DNA from: an uncultured Ruminococcus sp.
GTDB lineage: Bacteria > Bacillota > Clostridia > Oscillospirales > Acutalibacteraceae
DNA length: 64,000 bases
NCBI GenBank assembly: GCA_902777275.1
Contig: CACYTI010000005.1
Coordinates: forward strand, 39,813-103,812
Reading direction: 5' to 3'
The position numbers and the translations under genes were made by a program. Every line of letters starts with the position of its first letter. Position 1 is the stretch's first letter. Of the stretch, positions 61,547 through 64,000 are shown piece by piece. Below the pieces are notes generated by a model. It was not told the origin of the DNA, did no database searches, and saw only the letters and a list, made by a program, of their open reading frames with translations.

Positions 61547-62290
61547 TTATATGGCAAGTCCTCCGTCTACGCGGATAACCTCGCCCGTAACATACGCCGC
61601 CTCGTCGCTGCACAGGAACGCGACAGCATTCGCTACGTCCTCGGGTGTGCCTATTCTCTTGGCGGGAATCTGCGCTTTCATGCTCTCCTTTACCTTTTCG
61701 GGGAGCGCGCTTGTCATATCGGTTCCGATGTAGCCGGGCGCTACCGCGTTTACGGTCACTCCCCTGCCTGCCAACTCTCTGGCGACGGACTTTGTAAGAC
61801 CGATTATTCCCGCCTTGGACGCGGCGTAATTCGCCTGTCCGGCGTTGCCGACAAGACCCACGATAGAAGATGTACTGACGATCCTTCCCGCGCGCTTCTT
61901 CATAAAGTGCTTGTAGGTGTGCTTTATCATGTTGAACACGCCCTTGAGGTTCACGTCGATCACCGCGTCAAAATCCTTTTCATCCATGTTGAGCACAAGC
62001 TTGTCGCGTGTGATACCCGCGTTGTTTATGAGGATATCTATTCCGCCGAATTCGGAGATTACCTCATCAACGACTTTTTTGGACTCCTCAAAATCCGAAA
62101 CGTCGCAAAAATATCTTTCAGCCTTAACGCCGAGCTTTTCAAGCTCTGCCTTCGCGCTGTCGCCCTCCTCAGGGTCGCCCACAAAGAGGATAGCAATGTT
62201 CGCGCCGTTCTCGGCAAGCTTTTTCGCTATTGCGAGTCCGATTCCGCGCGAGCCGCCCGTAACAACGGCGGTTTTATTTTCAAAATTCAT
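61547..62290 (-). CDS. fabG: 3-oxoacyl-ACP reductase
   Basis: It is an SDR with TGGSRGIG and YAASKAG motifs. Confidence 0.95.
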   Translation of the reverse strand: MNFENKTAVVTGGSRGIGLAIAKKLAENGANIAILFVGDPEEGDSAKAELEKLGVKAERYFCDVSDFEESKKVVDEVISEFGGIDILINNAGITRDKLVLNMDEKDFDAVIDVNLKGVFNMIKHTYKHFMKKRAGRIVSTSSIVGLVGNAGQANYAASKAGIIGLTKSVARELAGRGVTVNAVAPGYIGTDMTSALPEKVKESMKAQIPAKRIGTPEDVANAVAFLCSDEAAYVTGEVIRVDGGLAI

Positions 62291-62356
62291 ATTTACACCT
62301 CGTAAAAGTGAAGTTATGGTTTATATTATTACTCTTATATTATAACTCAATCAAGC

Positions 62357-63259
62357 TTAAAGTTCAAGCCTTTTTATATCCTCGGGAGCTTCAACCTTAA
62401 ACGCCTTTATATCGTCAAAGGTGCGCTTGCAGAGGTTTTGCAGGGTTTTTCCCACGCCGACCTCGATAAGTGTATCGACTCCCACGGCTTTCATGTTTTC
62501 GATTATTGTCTGCCAGCGCACGGGATTCTCGACCTGCGCCCTGACAAGCTTTCCGAAATCTCCCTCGTAAGGGCTCGCCGTGTAATTTGAATAGACGGGG
62601 ATAACGGGCTGTGAAAAGCTTACTTTTTTCAGGTATTCCGCAAGCCCCTCTGCCGCGTCAGCCATAAACGGAGAATGGAACGCTCCGCTGACGGGAAGCT
62701 TTTTCGCTCTGCCGCCCGCTTCCTTGACCGCGACGCAGAACGCGTCGGCGTTTTCGGTCGTCGTGGCAACAACAGTCTGCGCGGGAGAGTTGTAGTTTAC
62801 GGGATAAGTCTTTTCAAAGCGCCTGCAAAGCTCCTCGACCTGTTCGGGAGAAAGCTTCATCACCGCGACCATTGCGCCGGGATTCTCGCGAGCCGCCTTG
62901 CCCATAAGCTCACCGCGCCTGCATACCAACTTAAAAGCTTCCTCGTCGGAAAGTGCTCCCGAAAAAGCCAATGCCGCGATCTCACCCAGAGAAAAACCGG
63001 CGACAAAGTCAGGCTCTATCCCCTGCTCGGCAACCGCTCTTGCAGCCGCCAAATCAGCCGCAAACACACATGGCTGAGTGTTGACGGTCTGAGTAAGCTC
63101 TTCCATGCTGCCCTCAAAGCATTGTCTTGAGGTGCCCGGACGGATGCTGTCAGCCATATCAAAAACCGCTTTAGCGGCGGGTGACACGTCGTAAAAAGCC
63201 TTGCCCATTCCGCTGTACTGGGCGCCCTGTCCCGAAAAAACAAACGCTATTTTACCCAT
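62357..63259 (-). CDS. fabD: Malonyl-CoA:ACP transacylase
   Basis: It carries FVFSGQGAQY and GFSLGE motifs. Confidence 0.95.
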   Translation of the reverse strand: MGKIAFVFSGQGAQYSGMGKAFYDVSPAAKAVFDMADSIRPGTSRQCFEGSMEELTQTVNTQPCVFAADLAAARAVAEQGIEPDFVAGFSLGEIAALAFSGALSDEEAFKLVCRRGELMGKAARENPGAMVAVMKLSPEQVEELCRRFEKTYPVNYNSPAQTVVATTTENADAFCVAVKEAGGRAKKLPVSGAFHSPFMADAAEGLAEYLKKVSFSQPVIPVYSNYTASPYEGDFGKLVRAQVENPVRWQTIIENMKAVGVDTLIEVGVGKTLQNLCKRTFDDIKAFKVEAPEDIKRLEL

Positions 63260-64000
63260 TTTGCCGCTCCGTTCAGTACCGCCTCGGCTTCGCCGAACAT
63301 TTCGGTAATGATCTCTCGCGCCGTCTGCTCGCGCGTCACCATTGCGGCGACCTGTCCCGCAAGCACACAGCCGTTCTTTACGTCGCCCTCGCGCGCCGCA
63401 AGTCTCAGAACGCCCGCGCCCATTTTTTCAAGCTCCTCGTCGGAAACGGCGGACGAATCATACTCCGCCTTGGCGTACTCTCTTGTAAACTGATTGCGGA
63501 GCGAACGGACCGGATGACCGAGTCTTTTGCCCGTAACCACCGAATCTATATCCTTTGCCTTTATGACCTTGTCCTTGTACGCCTGAGCTATGGTGCATTC
63601 CTTTGCGACCAAAAATCTTGTGCCAACCTGAACGCCGACCGCGCCTAACATGAACGCCGCCGCTAACTGTCTGCCGTCGGCGATTCCGCCCGCCGCTATA
63701 ACGGGAATTTTAACAGCGTCAACCACCTGGGGCACCAGAGCCATTGTAGTGAGCTCTCCCACGTGTCCGCCGCTTTCGCCGCCTTCGGCAATAAGAGCGA
63801 ACGCGCCGAGCTTCTCCATTCTTCTTGCAAGCGCTACAGACGGCACAACAGGGATCACTTTGATTCCCGCGGCAAGCCATTTGTCCATATATTTTCCAGG
63901 ATTTCCCGCACCCGTTGTGACTACGGGTATCCCCTCTTCAACCACCACGTCGGCTACCTCGTCGGCGAAGGGGCTCATAAGCATAATGTTAACGCCGAAG
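63247..64000 (-). CDS. fabK: Enoyl-ACP reductase II (FMN-dependent, NPD family), C-terminal part; the N-terminus lies outside the window
   Basis: It carries ..IPVIAAGGIADGRQLAAAFMLGAVGVQVGTRF... The frame is open to the window end. It overlaps the fabD start by 13 nt. Confidence 0.9.
   Translation of the reverse strand, partial: FGVNIMLMSPFADEVADVVVEEGIPVVTTGAGNPGKYMDKWLAAGIKVIPVVPSVALARRMEKLGAFALIAEGGESGGHVGELTTMALVPQVVDAVKIPVIAAGGIADGRQLAAAFMLGAVGVQVGTRFLVAKECTIAQAYKDKVIKAKDIDSVVTGKRLGHPVRSLRNQFTREYAKAEYDSSAVSDEELEKMGAGVLRLAAREGDVKNGCVLAGQVAAMVTREQTAREIITEMFGEAEAVLNGAAKWVK

Noticed and set aside
1-64000. A search for mobile genetic elements, defence systems, toxin-antitoxin pairs, retrons/DGRs and biosynthetic clusters.
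   Set aside because: I found no transposase, integrase, recombinase, reverse transcriptase, nuclease-helicase pair, restriction-modification motif set or secondary-metabolite enzyme among the ORFs. The lone AbrB-type small protein (8665-8904) has no toxin partner.

Overview
This is a 64-kb window of a moderately GC-rich Firmicutes/Clostridia chromosome. The spore-maturation genes spmA/spmB, SpoVD/SpoVE-type division genes and two proteins ending in type-I dockerin modules suggest a Ruminococcus-like, cohesin/dockerin-using Oscillospiraceae. That taxonomic call is inference only.

The coding content is almost entirely housekeeping:
(i) 1-21.4 kb holds mixed metabolism and envelope genes: AGCS symporter, UPF0371, CBS-pyrophosphatase, PPTase, spmAB, rlmB, rpe, hemolysin-III, nucleoside hydrolase, luxS and a Zn-ribbon Ser/Thr-kinase module.
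(ii) 21.8-34.7 kb holds a minus-strand dcw cluster, mraZ-rsmH-ftsL-PBP-mraY-ftsW-murG-murA-ftsQ-ftsZ.
(iii) rsmD-coaD.
(iv) 37-43.4 kb holds two large secreted proteins, one BspA-type LRR plus dockerin and one beta-helix plus four Big_2 domains.
(v) metA, proS, uvrC, ptsH, rimM-trmD, mutS2, recO.
(vi) 56-64 kb holds a complete FAS-II operon, fabK-fabD-fabG-fabF-accB-fabZ-accC-accD-accA.

I found no rRNA, tRNA, CRISPR array, transposase, integrase, phage gene or recognisable defence gene. I do not see a convincing novel protein-coding system.

The unusual part is the non-coding DNA. Nearly every spacer longer than about 100 bp is assembled from a few recurring structured repeat modules:
- R1 is a REPIN-like GTAGGG-hairpin doublet with 7 copies.
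- R2 is a 60-96-nt element whose helix shows strand-specific G-U pairing, with 4 copies plus a fragment.
- R3 has 2 copies.
- The R4/R5 flank modules are low-complexity.
- R7 is a shared terminator cassette that abuts or overlaps stop codons.
- Three one-off structures also occur: a nested tandem array at 40.4-40.8 kb, a four-hairpin array at 44.1-44.4 kb and a 27-bp inverted repeat at 47.35-47.51 kb.

The secondary points of interest are protein-level oddities: a P1B-ATPase-like protein with all catalytic motifs degenerate, a kinase/Zn-ribbon/lipoprotein module set, a dockerin-bearing CHAP hydrolase and an FtsQ with unusual tails.

CDS coordinates come from the ORF track, with start codons re-chosen from SD spacing. 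Non-coding coordinates were indexed by hand and may be off by 1-2 nt.
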